Shown piece after piece: positions 9,650 to 20,054 of a stretch of 64,000 nucleotides of DNA. Where the stretch lies: NCBI GenBank assembly GCA_041690135.1, contig JAWLHY010000002.1, positions 528,342 through 592,341 of the forward strand, written 5' to 3'. A program made the position numbers and the translations under genes. The first letter of the stretch is position 1. Every line of letters starts with the position of its first letter. The notes beneath the pieces are model-generated. The model did no database searches. It was given only the letters and a program-made list of their open reading frames with translations, and was not told the origin of the DNA. Source of the stretch: Armatimonadota bacterium (GTDB taxonomy: Bacteria > Armatimonadota > SYMT01).

Positions 9650-10006
9650 ACGCTGTTACTGCTTACCCCACCTATCTTAAACGACGCACAAGCAAATCTT
9701 ACCTTTCCCACCCGCCAACCGCCATTCCCACCCTTCCCCAACCGTCTCGCTGCTCCCCAGGACACCCACTATCCGCCGCGCAGCCCTCAAACCCTACAGT
9801 AGTGCGCCAACCGCGGAAAGTTCACTCGTGAACCCGGCGGACTCCGACATTAATCGTCGGCAGTTTGGGACCGCGACCCTGCATGGGCCACGCGTGGGCT
9901 GCGAGGCTGAACCCTCGTGTTCAGCCCTGCTTCTTCTGGGCGTTCCTGGCGTCCCATTCGGGCGGGTGCCCGCGGGCGGGCCATGCCTTGGCGGTGACCT
10001 CCGGAA

Positions 10007-11287
10007 TCAAGCCGGAGCCGCCGTGCGGAAGACCAGCGAGGCGTTGATGCCGCCGAACCCGAAGCTGTTGGAGAGGACCAGCGACACCGGCTGCCGGCGG
10101 GGGCCTTCGGTGACGTAGTCCAGGTCGCATTCCGGGTCCGGCTCATGGGGTGGGGTGGTGGCGGGCACGAAACCGTCGTGGATGCTCAGGCAACTGATGC
10201 AGGCCTCGATGGCTCCGCTCGCACCCAGGGGGTGGCCGTAGAGGGACTTGGTCCCACTGACCGGGACCGAATAGGCACGCTCGCCCAGCAGTTCCTTGAT
10301 GGCACGGGTCTCCGTGCTGTCGTTCAGCGGGGTGCCGCTGGCGTGGGCGTTGACGGTAGTGACTTCCTCGGGTGTGGCGCCGGCATCCCGGAGAGCCAGT
10401 TGCATGCAGCGCAGGGCGGAGGCGCCGTCCGGGCGTGGGGCAGTCATATGCCAGGCGTCGTTCGTGAGGGCCGCGCCCGCCAGTTCCGCGTAGATACGCG
10501 CGCCGCGTGCCCGTGCGGCCTCTTCCGTTTCCAGGACGAGCATCGCCGCGCCCTCGCCCATCACGAAGCCGTCCCGCGTACGGTCGAAAGGACGACAGCC
10601 GCGCTCCGGCGGGTCGCACTGCTTGCTCATCGCCTGGATCAGATCGAACGCTCCGAAGCAAACCGGGTAAAGCGGGGCCTCCACGCCGCCCGCGAGCATG
10701 CGATCGGCCTGGCCGGTCTGCAGGTACCGCAAGGCGTTGGCAAGCGCAATGGCACCGGCGCTGCAACTGTCTCCGTTGGCCGTGGCCGGGCCCGTAAGGC
10801 CGAACTCGATGGCGGTGTTGCACGAGCCCGCGCCGATGAACACGGAAAGCGCGAGCATGGGGTGCACGCTCTTCCAACCGCCCTGCAGGAAAGCCTCGTG
10901 GTTCTCCTCACCGAAGCCCACGCCTCCCAGCGCGGAGCCCACACACACGCCCATCCGCTCGCGGTCGATCTCCATCGGGTCGAGAGCGGCATCTTCCATC
11001 GCGAGGCGAGAGGCGCTCACGGCCAGTTGCGAGTAGCGGTCCAGGCGGCGGACCTGCTTCTTGTCCAGGTATTCGCTGGGGTCGAAGTCCGGGATCTCCC
11101 CGGCAATCCGGCAGCGGAACGGCGAGGGGTCGAAACGGCTGATTCTGCGGATACCCGGCTTGCGGGCGAGGAGTGCGTCCCGGAAGCGGTCTCGCCCCGT
11201 GCCGATCGCCGTAATCATCCCCATTCCCGTCACCACCACCCGGGGGAGGCGGGGGCGGGCCGTCCCCGAAGCTTGCTGGTCCTGCAT
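10007..11287 (-). CDS. fabF: Beta-ketoacyl-ACP synthase II (FabF-like ketosynthase)
   Basis: RVVVTGMG, DSCSAG, NAHASGT, KSLYGHPLGASG, SNSFGFGG; intact Cys-His-His triad; may be a paralogue rather than the housekeeping copy. Confidence 0.85.
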   Translation of the reverse strand: MQDQQASGTARPRLPRVVVTGMGMITAIGTGRDRFRDALLARKPGIRRISRFDPSPFRCRIAGEIPDFDPSEYLDKKQVRRLDRYSQLAVSASRLAMEDAALDPMEIDRERMGVCVGSALGGVGFGEENHEAFLQGGWKSVHPMLALSVFIGAGSCNTAIEFGLTGPATANGDSCSAGAIALANALRYLQTGQADRMLAGGVEAPLYPVCFGAFDLIQAMSKQCDPPERGCRPFDRTRDGFVMGEGAAMLVLETEEAARARGARIYAELAGAALTNDAWHMTAPRPDGASALRCMQLALRDAGATPEEVTTVNAHASGTPLNDSTETRAIKELLGERAYSVPVSGTKSLYGHPLGASGAIEACISCLSIHDGFVPATTPPHEPDPECDLDYVTEGPRRQPVSLVLSNSFGFGGINASLVFRTAAPA

Positions 11288-11733
11288 CAGTTCTCCTGTT
11301 CCACCGCGCGCTTGAGGTGTGCCAGCGTGCGGCAGGCGACCGATCTCACGAACACCTCGCCCACGATCCAGCGCCCCAGGGCCGTGCGCACCAGGGGGAC
11401 CTTCAACCGCAGATCGTGGTGGATCGTCACCCGCACCTGCTCGCCCTCCTGCACCACGCGCCACTCCACGTCCATCCCCCGCGCCGGCCCGACCACGTGG
11501 TGGAAGCACATCCGCCCCTCTTCGGGCAGCACCCACAGGTGCGACCGCCACTTGAGGGGGATGCCGGTTCGCCAGCAGGCCATCTCCACCGTTTGCCGGT
11601 CTCCCTCGCGGTCGAGCACCTTCACCCACCGGTAATGGGGGAGGAACGACGGCCACCGCGGCAGGTCGAACGCCAACTCCTGGACCTGCTCGCGGGTGCC
11701 GCGGATCAAGATCTCATTAACTGCCTCACGCAT
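11287..11733 (-). CDS. SRPBCC/START-like polyketide cyclase/aromatase
   Basis: DLPRWPSFLPHY, MDVEWRV motifs; TGATG overlap with the ketosynthase start. Confidence 0.8.
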   Translation of the reverse strand: MREAVNEILIRGTREQVQELAFDLPRWPSFLPHYRWVKVLDREGDRQTVEMACWRTGIPLKWRSHLWVLPEEGRMCFHHVVGPARGMDVEWRVVQEGEQVRVTIHHDLRLKVPLVRTALGRWIVGEVFVRSVACRTLAHLKRAVEQEN

Positions 11734-11842
11734 GGGATTGATGAGGATAAGGACCGCGAAGATAAGGATAAGGAAGCGGGGGCATGGCCCTACGCGTTGA
11801 TGACAATCGGACAGCTAGCGGGTCGCTCGGACCCAAAAATCG

Positions 11843-13051
11843 TTACAGTACCAGCCGTGCTAGGAACTTCGGGTTCAGGAGTCCGCTCACCGGTGCAACG
11901 TCGGCGATCACCCCGATCAGCGCGCGGGTAGTCTCCGGTCTCCGGTGGAGGCGTCCCAGCACCCGGCGGGCCAGCCAGGGTCGCGCCAGCACTTCCTGGA
12001 TCGCCGCCTGCACCCCCACCCGCGGCCCGATCAAGGCTCGTCGCCGGCGGGAATACTCCGCCAACCGGGCTTCCGATAGGTCTCCTTCCTCCAACGCGGC
12101 GTGCGCGACCCCGGCGGCCAGCCTAGCCGTCAGGAGCGCGAAGGTCACGCCCTGCCCGGTGAACGGATCGTAGAACCCGGCCGCGTCTCCCAGCAGCAGG
12201 CACCCCGCGGTCGACTGGCGTCGAGTTCTCCAGGTCAACGGCCCCACCGTTCGCACCTGCCGGGGAAGTCCCGCGAGCGAAGCGACCAGCGCCGGGTACC
12301 GGTTCAGCTCCTCCGCCATAAAGGCCGTGGGATTCCCGCCCATCTCGCGGATCCGGCTGCCGTCCACCACCATTCCCAGGTTCGCCTCGTGGCCCCGGAG
12401 GGCCAGCCCGCAGCACCCATCCGGCCGCGCGTGCATCTCCAGATGCTCAGGTATTCCCGTGCGGAGCGCGCAGCGACCCGTGATCCCGAACTTGCGGCGC
12501 CGCGGGTCGTCGTAGCCCAGTCCCAGGCAGCGCGCGATCCGGCTCCGCAGCCCGTCCGCCGCCAGCGTGATCCGCGCCCGGACCTCCCGTTCGCCGCCCT
12601 CGACCCGGACCACCGCGCCCGTAACGGCGCTGTTCTCCAGCAAGGGCGCGTGGACCATCACCCCCTCCCACACCGTGACTCCGGCCCGCCGCGCCTCCTC
12701 GAGCAGCCGCGTATCCAGCACCTCGCGGCCCAGGGTCATCGCCTCCCCGGCATCCCCGTCGCCCCACTCCTCCCGGAGCACCTCCGCGAACGGCACGGAG
12801 AGGCTGCCGCAGCCGGCCGTTCCCAGGTGCAGGGTGGGGACCGAAGCAGCGCCCGCGGCCCGGAGCGAGGCTCGCGACAACCCCAGCTCTTCCAGCAGCC
12901 GCACGCACTCGGGGTTGAAGTACTCGCCGCAAGGCTTGCCGCGGGGGAACCGGCAGCGGTCCACCAGCAGCACCTCGTGCCCGGCGCGCGCCAGGTGGAG
13001 GGCGGCCGCGCTGCCCGCGGGGCCCGCACCGACGACAAGTGCCTCTACCAC
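11843..13051 (-). CDS. FAD-dependent oxidoreductase (geranylgeranyl reductase/monooxygenase family)
   Basis: VVGAGPAG, FPRGKPCGE, AADG, LLGDAAGFYDPFTGQG; GTG start overlapping the methyltransferase end. Confidence 0.9.
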   Translation of the reverse strand: MVEALVVGAGPAGSAAALHLARAGHEVLLVDRCRFPRGKPCGEYFNPECVRLLEELGLSRASLRAAGAASVPTLHLGTAGCGSLSVPFAEVLREEWGDGDAGEAMTLGREVLDTRLLEEARRAGVTVWEGVMVHAPLLENSAVTGAVVRVEGGEREVRARITLAADGLRSRIARCLGLGYDDPRRRKFGITGRCALRTGIPEHLEMHARPDGCCGLALRGHEANLGMVVDGSRIREMGGNPTAFMAEELNRYPALVASLAGLPRQVRTVGPLTWRTRRQSTAGCLLLGDAAGFYDPFTGQGVTFALLTARLAAGVAHAALEEGDLSEARLAEYSRRRRALIGPRVGVQAAIQEVLARPWLARRVLGRLHRRPETTRALIGVIADVAPVSGLLNPKFLARLVL

Positions 13052-13752
13052 CCGTGCGCCTCCTCGTAAACCAGCGACATCCGGAACCACGGCTCGGGGT
13101 GGAACCGGGCCGCTTTCCAACCCGCCGCCTCGGCTAGCGCCCGGAGCTCCCCCTCGTTGTACGCGCGCCGCACGCTGACCGGTCCATCGAACCGCGTCAT
13201 GGGGTTGGCCATAAACCGGGTCGCCAGCCACACCCCCGCATAGGCCGGCACGCTGCGGGAGAGGTCGCTCACCACCGCCCACCGGCGGGTCACCCGGCGC
13301 ATCTCCGCCAGCACCTGCCCCGCATCCTCCGGAGGGAAGTGGTGCAGCGCCAGCGTGCAAAGCACCAGGTCGACCGCTTCCGAGCGCACGGGCAAGCTGC
13401 GCGCGTCGCCCCGGAGGTACCGGATCTCCGGGTACTCCTTTCCCGCGCGGGAACGGGCATACGCCTGGATCTGGGGATGGACGTCCAGCGAGTAGAGCTG
13501 GAGCGGCACGTGCTGCCGCCGGGCCTCGTCCGCCAGTGCACGGCAGAGATCGCCCGCGCCGGAGGCAATGTCGAGCACCGTGAGGGACTGGCCCCGCGGC
13601 ACCTGTGCCAGCAGGGGACGGGCCCTCCGGAGCACGGCGCCGCGCCCGCCGAACAGCCGGTTGAGGGTTTCCAGGTTGCGGAGATCCCCGGCCAGCAACT
13701 CCGGGGCCAGCCCCGGCTGGTCCATCATCTCCGGCTGATCGAGGCGCCGCAT
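13045..13752 (-). CDS. SAM-dependent methyltransferase
   Basis: EMMD N-terminal motif, VLDIASGAGD, LALHHF, DGPVSVRRAY. Confidence 0.9.
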   Translation of the reverse strand: MRRLDQPEMMDQPGLAPELLAGDLRNLETLNRLFGGRGAVLRRARPLLAQVPRGQSLTVLDIASGAGDLCRALADEARRQHVPLQLYSLDVHPQIQAYARSRAGKEYPEIRYLRGDARSLPVRSEAVDLVLCTLALHHFPPEDAGQVLAEMRRVTRRWAVVSDLSRSVPAYAGVWLATRFMANPMTRFDGPVSVRRAYNEGELRALAEAAGWKAARFHPEPWFRMSLVYEEAHGW

Positions 13753-14447
13753 CAGAGGCGGAACCAGCTATCTTTCAGCCCCGGATTGAGGCGAATCTCC
13801 GAGAAGCGGGTGTGGTCCACATGCACCTCGTCCTCGTACATATCGTGCTCCAACAGCACCCACAGCCGGGGATCGAACCGGTAGTATTCTCGGGTGGCGT
13901 GCCCGTCGCGCGTGTAGGTGAGGACGATCTCATAGGGCGCGTCGGAGCTGGTTCGCCGGGAAAGCACGGCGCGCGCCTGCGGCAAAGCGGCGTGCTGCCG
14001 GTAGGTGGTGTAGAAAGCTCCCCAGTTCAGCTCGCTGAAGTGATGGCCGCGGAGGCTCTTGAGGCGGGAATCGTTGAACCGCACGCCCAGGACCAGCGGC
14101 TTCAGGATACCGCCGGCGTGGCCCCGCACCTTCCGGTTGGCATCCAGTGCCACCTCCGAGCCCCGGTGGTCGCCCCGCAGCACCCGCAAGCGCATCTGCA
14201 GCGGTTTCTTGAACCACAACCGCTGGACACAGAACTCGTGGCGCTTCCCCTTCCGCGCCTCGCTCTCCACCACGCACTCGTAGTCCTGCAGGTCGCGGAA
14301 GGTCGCCTCCGCCCGCGCCAGCACCGCCTCGGGAGACTTCGGTTCACCGGGGTCGACGGCATATCCCGGAAGTGCGATCAGCGCCAGCAGCAGACACAAC
14401 CAGCCGGTGTGCCGGCATTTGACCCGGTACCGCTCGGAAGCTATCAT
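13752..14447 (-). CDS. Exported LolA-like / DUF1571-like protein
   Basis: Signal peptide; LWFKKPLQMRL; C-terminal FSEIRLNPGLKDSWF. Confidence 0.65.
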   Translation of the reverse strand: MIASERYRVKCRHTGWLCLLLALIALPGYAVDPGEPKSPEAVLARAEATFRDLQDYECVVESEARKGKRHEFCVQRLWFKKPLQMRLRVLRGDHRGSEVALDANRKVRGHAGGILKPLVLGVRFNDSRLKSLRGHHFSELNWGAFYTTYRQHAALPQARAVLSRRTSSDAPYEIVLTYTRDGHATREYYRFDPRLWVLLEHDMYEDEVHVDHTRFSEIRLNPGLKDSWFRL

Positions 14448-14565
14448 TGCGCTACCCTCGCCCTCTTTGTGCGTCAGCTAAGCACCCTGCTGCCTACGTT
14501 ATAACGGACGCCCCGGTTCTCGTCAGCGCGCGGTGATCGCGCCCGCCCGTTCCAGGAGACGCTCC

Positions 14566-15384
14566 ATGCGCATCGGTTTCATTGCTCGGCCCGTTGAAGA
14601 CGACTTCGAGTTCGCCGCGCTGAAGGAAGTTCCGTGTCTCGAGTTCCACTTCTCCTCCGACCTTTCCGCCCTGCGGCGGTCCGCCGAGATCCGCGGCTGG
14701 AAGCAGAAGTACGAGACGGATATTTCCACCGTCGCGCTGTTCGGACGCAACTACCTGGCGGCCGATGAAGCCGAGCGGCGCGAGCATTTCGCCGCCCTCC
14801 GGCAGGTGACCGACTTCGCCAAAGCGGTCGGGAGCCCGCTGGTGACCACGGGCGGCGGCCTGAACCCAACCCACTCCCGGGAGCAGAGCTGCGAGCGGGC
14901 GGCGGAGTTGTTCGCCGAGCCGATCCGCTACGCGGAGAGCCTGGGCCTCAAGTTCGCCTTCTACAACTGCCCATGGGCCAACTTCATCACCGGTCCCGAA
15001 GCGTGGGAGCCGCTGCTGGGCCAGGCATTTCCGACGGCCGGCATCAAGTTCGATCCCAGCCATCCTCTCCACACCGGGCAAGACTGGTCCCGGCAACTCG
15101 CCGATTGGGGGCACCGCGTCTACCACGCCCACGCGAAAGACACCCTGTTCATCGACGGCAAGCCGTTCGAGGACGTCCCCGCGGGCCTCGGCGAGATCCC
15201 CTGGGGACGGTTCTTCGCGCTGCTTTACCATCACCGCTACCGAGGCGACATCAACGTCGAAATCAACGGCCGCACCTGGAGCGAAGGCCAGATGCACTAC
15301 TCCGGCATCCTACTGGCCCGGCACCACCTCCAGCAGTTCATCGCCCCCTCCGGCCTCGCCACCCCCAGCGATTTCCCGATCTAG
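14566..15384 (+). CDS. Sugar phosphate isomerase/epimerase (xylose isomerase-like TIM barrel)
   Basis: FDPSH, HAHAKD, GLGEIPW and INVE metal-site motifs. Confidence 0.85.
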   Translation: MRIGFIARPVEDDFEFAALKEVPCLEFHFSSDLSALRRSAEIRGWKQKYETDISTVALFGRNYLAADEAERREHFAALRQVTDFAKAVGSPLVTTGGGLNPTHSREQSCERAAELFAEPIRYAESLGLKFAFYNCPWANFITGPEAWEPLLGQAFPTAGIKFDPSHPLHTGQDWSRQLADWGHRVYHAHAKDTLFIDGKPFEDVPAGLGEIPWGRFFALLYHHRYRGDINVEINGRTWSEGQMHYSGILLARHHLQQFIAPSGLATPSDFPI

Positions 15385-16026
15385 GCGCCTGGCGGAGGAT
15401 GCCGGACGGTTAACCGCCAAGACGCCAGGAACGCCAAGAGGGAAGAGGGAGAAGGCCCGGACCGGTTCAAATGCGTGGTATCCGCTCTGGGAACGGACTT
15501 CGAACCAGAGCGTAGGTAGAGTCGGCCCGTACACCCGGCGAAGTTAGGGCCGTCGCCGACCAGGACCTTGCCCTCGCACCCGTCCCGCACCACGGTCCGC
15601 CGTACCGAATTCCGGCCGCACTGTGATGTGGTTTCGCACCTTTCTGACATTACGGACGGCCGGCATACACCCCGGCCCGGCACACGGGTTCCGAACCCGC
15701 CGTGCATCACGCGCCGCCGTCACACCCGCATGCCGGTGGCGCTGCATGGTTGGCCGACGGGTGCGGAACCACGCTCTGGGGAAGGGACGGCGACCATTCC
15801 CCTACGTGTTGGCTTATGCCTCGGATTGAGCGCCGCCGTCTCTTCGCACGATAGGGGGATCGATCCACCCTACGGCGCCACTCGCGGCGCCGGTGGTCCC
15901 TGGAACCTCGCCCATTTGTCTCGCTCCCACCACGTCACCCGGAACGATCTGATTCAGGCCCAGCGCTGGGATACCTCCGAAGCCGACCGCGAAGCACGAG
16001 TCTCTTCCTGCCGGAAAGCGCTCGCG

Positions 16027-17109
16027 GTGAAGCGCTCCACCCGAGCCGGCGTCCGTGCCGACCGGTGTCGAAAACGCCGGGCACTCATCGACGGACCTCC
16101 GGCGGAGATCCCGGTGCTCACCGCGCCGTCGCCCCCGGAGCTGCACTATCCCGCGAACCCGGAAGACATCCGGGCGGTCCTCCACCGCCTCCCGCCGGGG
16201 GTCACTTCGGGCCTCGCTTCCCTCGAACTGACCCCCGCGTGGTGGTGGGATGCAGAGTGCGGCGACCGTTATCCCGGCGATCCGGACCCGCTGACCGGCC
16301 GCCTGGGTCTCGAACTGCTGCCGGGCATCTTCTGCACGCCCATCCTCGGCAGGTACGGACCGGACACCGCCCGGATCTGGCTGCAGGGATACGTCTACGC
16401 GGAAGATCTGCCCGACCGTCCGCTCTGGGAGCTCTACCTCCGGCTCCGGATGCTGCAGACCCTCTGCCATGAGGTGGCCCACCACTGGGACTGGACCGCA
16501 CGCCGGGGCCGCGGGCGGTGGCGCGGCGATGACCGGAAGCGGAACGAGGACTATGCTGAACGGATGACATTCACCTGGACCCGCTCCGCCGTGCTGCCGT
16601 ACCTCCGGGCAACCTATCCGGAAGCGTGCCGGGCGCTGGCGGCCTGGTTCCGGGAACACGGCGGCGTTGAGCTCCCCCTGGAACTGCTGGCAAATGATGC
16701 CGGCAATCCGGATACCCACCCCCATACAGCGGCGATCCGGAGCGTCTTCACGGTCGAGGGCGCGGTCCAGCATCTGATCGAAGACGTGCGGGCGGGGGAG
16801 AATCGCACCGCAACGCGCCTGGGGTTCGCCCGGAATCTCCACTACGCGGAATACTATGAGGAGGCTCTCACGGCCATCGACTCCGTGCTGGCGGACGATC
16901 CGGAGCACGCCGAAGCCTGGACCCTGACCGGAGACATCCGCGTGCACCAGGAGCGTTACGTGGAAGCCCGGGAACTGGTGGAGCGGGTGCTGGCGCGCTG
17001 CCCGGAAGAACAAGATGCCTGGGAAGTACTGGCCGACGCCTGCGCCGGGCTGGAAGACTTCGCAGTGGCGCGTGAGGCCGTGCTGCACTGCCAGGGCGGC
17101 CATGCTTGA
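16027..17109 (+). CDS. Putative HExxH zinc metallopeptidase with C-terminal TPRs (start uncertain)
   Basis: TLCHEVAHH with downstream NEDYAE; TPR-like DPEHAEAWTLTG and PEEQDAWEVLA. Confidence 0.65.
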   Translation: MKRSTRAGVRADRCRKRRALIDGPPAEIPVLTAPSPPELHYPANPEDIRAVLHRLPPGVTSGLASLELTPAWWWDAECGDRYPGDPDPLTGRLGLELLPGIFCTPILGRYGPDTARIWLQGYVYAEDLPDRPLWELYLRLRMLQTLCHEVAHHWDWTARRGRGRWRGDDRKRNEDYAERMTFTWTRSAVLPYLRATYPEACRALAAWFREHGGVELPLELLANDAGNPDTHPHTAAIRSVFTVEGAVQHLIEDVRAGENRTATRLGFARNLHYAEYYEEALTAIDSVLADDPEHAEAWTLTGDIRVHQERYVEARELVERVLARCPEEQDAWEVLADACAGLEDFAVAREAVLHCQGGHA

Positions 17110-17118
17110 AGACAGTGC

Positions 17119-17514
17119 CTACCACATAACCGGTACCAGGCCCGAGGCGGTGATGTTCTCATCGCGGGTCAGAAGCTCTACTTCTTCTCCGATTTCCTTA
17201 AGCAGCAAGGCCGTCGCAACAATGAGCCGGTCGTGCATCTCTCCGACGGCGGTCATGGACTGGCTCTTTGTAACGACTGCTTCGTCGAGGGGGTAGATCT
17301 GGATGCGAGGATCCGCGCGTATTGCCTGTAGAAGCTCCGGCACGGTGAGAGGTACACGGCCACGTTCGAGAATCCAGCAGGCTTCGGCGAGGACAATGGC
17401 AGGGATAACCAATTCGCTCGCTGGATCCTTCAATATCACGTCGGCACCCGTGCCCAGCCGGGAACTTCCGGCAAGGAACCAGAGAAGTGCGTGGGTGTCC
17501 ACGACATGCTTCAT
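17119..17514 (-). CDS. vapC: PIN-domain toxin (VapC family)
   Basis: VVDTHALLW, IVLAE, MHDRLIVATA, LLTRD. Confidence 0.9.
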   Translation of the reverse strand: MKHVVDTHALLWFLAGSSRLGTGADVILKDPASELVIPAIVLAEACWILERGRVPLTVPELLQAIRADPRIQIYPLDEAVVTKSQSMTAVGEMHDRLIVATALLLKEIGEEVELLTRDENITASGLVPVMW

Positions 17515-17759
17515 GGCCAGTCGAGACCATCATCTGAGTCCCCATGGAACTCGGCAGCACGGAAGTCGGCGTCCGTCAACTCGGAGAGTTGCGGAAACAT
17601 TCCTCGTGAGATCATCACGGGTGCTTCCCCTTTCCCAACAGAAGCCGTCCCGCTGTTTCCTTCGGAGGTGAGCACTATCAGCCGAACTCGCTTACCGGAA
17701 AGTTGGTCCGCCTGGCGCGCGATCTCTTCCCATGTTCCTTCCAACACCTGGTGTGCCAT
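17511..17759 (-). CDS. Putative antitoxin of the PIN toxin
   Basis: 82-aa ORF (MAHQVLEGTWEEI...KRVRLIV) with GGAGGGAG upstream, 4-bp overlap with the toxin, acidic C-terminus. Confidence 0.7.
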   Translation of the reverse strand: MAHQVLEGTWEEIARQADQLSGKRVRLIVLTSEGNSGTASVGKGEAPVMISRGMFPQLSELTDADFRAAEFHGDSDDGLDWP

Positions 17760-17922
17760 AACTCCCTCCACGGTCTTCATCTGAATTGTACCCCGGATTC
17801 GACTTGCAAGGAAGCAGTACGGAATCCGGCTCGAGACTACGAACACCCCGAAACCGGGCAGGTTCCGCCGCCGTTCCTCCCGAATGGGATCGAAACGGAG
17901 GGCCTTTCCGGGAGGGTAGACG

Positions 17923-19020
17923 ATGAAACCGCCGCGGAGCGCATTGTTCACACTGGGGATTGCCGGCCCGGCGCTGCTGCTGGGCATCGCCATCGGGCGG
18001 GCGCAGCCGGGGGCGCCGGCCGCCCCGACCCGCGTCTACGAGAACCGCCTCACGCCGCTGAAGAACCCGAAGCCGCTGCTGGCGGACCACCCGCAGTGGG
18101 TGGAGCCGGTGCGGGAGTTGACCCGCTACGAGGCGCCCATGCTGGTGGACGACCCGGGCGCGGATCTCCACGTGCGGGCCTGGCGCTTCTCCTACAACGC
18201 GCGCGGCATCATCGAGATGCCGAACCGGCTGCGGGCGCGGGATACGGCCGTGATCATGGTCCACCCCTGGGGTATCGACGACGGCCAGGGGTGGCGGACC
18301 CCGGAGCCGGCGGGCGTGGCGGACTTCTGCACGAAGGAGAAGAACCACCTGGCCGGCAAGCACACCCGCGAGGTGATCGACCCGTTCCTCCAGTCGCTGC
18401 GGGGGAAGGTGGGGCTGGTGCTGTACAGCCTCCGGGGCGGGGAGGACCCCATCCACCGGAAGCTCTACCGCTCCATCCGCCGCCGGCCCACCGAGGCCGA
18501 GCGCGCCGAAGGCCGCCGCGAGCTGAAGGCGAAGCTGAACGGCTTCGACTACCGCGGCGAGCCCCTGCCCGCGAAGCTGAATGTTTCCCGCGACCGGCCC
18601 GTGATCGATTACTTCCGCCAGTTTCCCGGGCTGGATGCCGGGCCCCGCTACAACAACGCCGGCTTCTGGGACCTGCCGACCCCCGTCTGCGCCGACGTCA
18701 CCATGCATCCGGACGACGTGGTGATCTACGACAACGACGGCTACGAGCCGCTGAAGCGCTTCCTGCAGGCGCACGGCATCCGGCACGTGCTCCTGACCGG
18801 CTACGCGACGGACATGTGCTTTTGCAAGACCACCGCCGGCTACGAGAACCTCTCCCGCGACTTCGACGTGTTCCTGGTGGGCGACGCGACCCTGGCGACA
18901 TTCCCGTCCAACTCCTCGCCGCGCTTCGCGACCAACGCCGCGATCTCCTACGCCGCCCTGAACCAGCTCGTTACGCAGGTCTCCTGGGTGCGGTACCGCC
19001 CCGCCGGAGGCAAGCAATGA
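17923..19020 (+). CDS. Exported isochorismatase/cysteine hydrolase-like protein
   Basis: Signal peptide; GIRHVLLTGYATDMC and FLVGDAT motifs. Confidence 0.7.
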   Translation: MKPPRSALFTLGIAGPALLLGIAIGRAQPGAPAAPTRVYENRLTPLKNPKPLLADHPQWVEPVRELTRYEAPMLVDDPGADLHVRAWRFSYNARGIIEMPNRLRARDTAVIMVHPWGIDDGQGWRTPEPAGVADFCTKEKNHLAGKHTREVIDPFLQSLRGKVGLVLYSLRGGEDPIHRKLYRSIRRRPTEAERAEGRRELKAKLNGFDYRGEPLPAKLNVSRDRPVIDYFRQFPGLDAGPRYNNAGFWDLPTPVCADVTMHPDDVVIYDNDGYEPLKRFLQAHGIRHVLLTGYATDMCFCKTTAGYENLSRDFDVFLVGDATLATFPSNSSPRFATNAAISYAALNQLVTQVSWVRYRPAGGKQ

Positions 19021-20054
19021 GGCCCCCTGCCGCCGCGCGTCTCTCCCGCCGCGGCCTGCTGGCGGGTCTCGCCGCCGCTCCCGCCGCGGCCATCAGCGCC
19101 GCGGGCCGGGGCCGGGATCCGGTCGATCCGCCGCGGAACCAGGCGCTCATCGCCATCACCCTCGACCTGGAGATGTCCCGCAACTTCCCGAGGTGGGACG
19201 ACCACCACTGGGACTACGCCAAGGGCGACCTGGACGAGGCGACCAAGCGCTACACGGTGGAGGCATGCCGCCGCGTGAAGGCGAAGGGAGGCGTGGTCCA
19301 CTGCTTCGTCGTTGGGCGCGTGCTGGAGCAGGAGAACGTGGACTGGCTCGCCGGCCTCGCGCGGGAGGGGCACCCGCTCGGCAACCACACCTACGACCAC
19401 GTCAACCTCCTCGCGACCCGGTCCGAGGACGTGCAGTTCCGGTTCCGCCGCGCCCCCTGGCTCGTCGCCGGCAAGACCCCACGCCAGGTGATTGAGGAGA
19501 ACATCCGTCTCACCGAGGCGGCCATGAAGACGCGGCTGGGAGTCTCGCCCGCCGGCTTCCGCACCCCCGGCGGCTTCGCGCACGGTCTCGCCGACCGCCC
19601 CGACCTGCGGGCGATGCTCCAGGGCTGCGGTTACACCTGGGTGAGCAGCCAGTACCCGGCGCACCCGGTGGGCAAGCCCGGCGAGCGGCCCGGCCCGGAG
19701 GTGTTCGCCGAGATCGTAAAAGCCCAGGCCGCCGCCCAGCCGTACGTCTACCCCGGCGGCCTGGTGGAGATCCCGATGAGCCCGGTCAGCGACATCAACG
19801 CCTTCCGCAACGGCCGCTGGCCTCTGGAGGACTTCCTGAAGGTGATCCGCCTCTCCGTCGAGTGGGCGATCGAGCACCGCGCCGTCTTCGACTTCCTGGC
19901 CCACCCTTCGTGTCTCTACGTCACCGACCCCCAGTTCCGCGCCGTGGAGCTCATCTGCGACCTGGTGCGCAAAGCCGGCAATCGCGCCGCCCTGGCCGAC
20001 CTCAACACCCTCGCCCGCCGCGCCACCCAGGGATCCGGGACGCTTCACCACTGA
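19017..20054 (+). CDS. Tat-exported polysaccharide deacetylase family protein
   Basis: SRRGLL twin-arginine signal; ITLDLE, GNHTYDH, GFRTPGG, FLAHP; ATGA overlap. Confidence 0.85.
   Translation: MRPPAAARLSRRGLLAGLAAAPAAAISAAGRGRDPVDPPRNQALIAITLDLEMSRNFPRWDDHHWDYAKGDLDEATKRYTVEACRRVKAKGGVVHCFVVGRVLEQENVDWLAGLAREGHPLGNHTYDHVNLLATRSEDVQFRFRRAPWLVAGKTPRQVIEENIRLTEAAMKTRLGVSPAGFRTPGGFAHGLADRPDLRAMLQGCGYTWVSSQYPAHPVGKPGERPGPEVFAEIVKAQAAAQPYVYPGGLVEIPMSPVSDINAFRNGRWPLEDFLKVIRLSVEWAIEHRAVFDFLAHPSCLYVTDPQFRAVELICDLVRKAGNRAALADLNTLARRATQGSGTLHH

Noticed and set aside
17703-19016. N-terminal half of the 783-aa ORF 17703-20054
   Set aside because: Alternative frame over the isochorismatase-like gene; the real start is 19017 with a Tat signal
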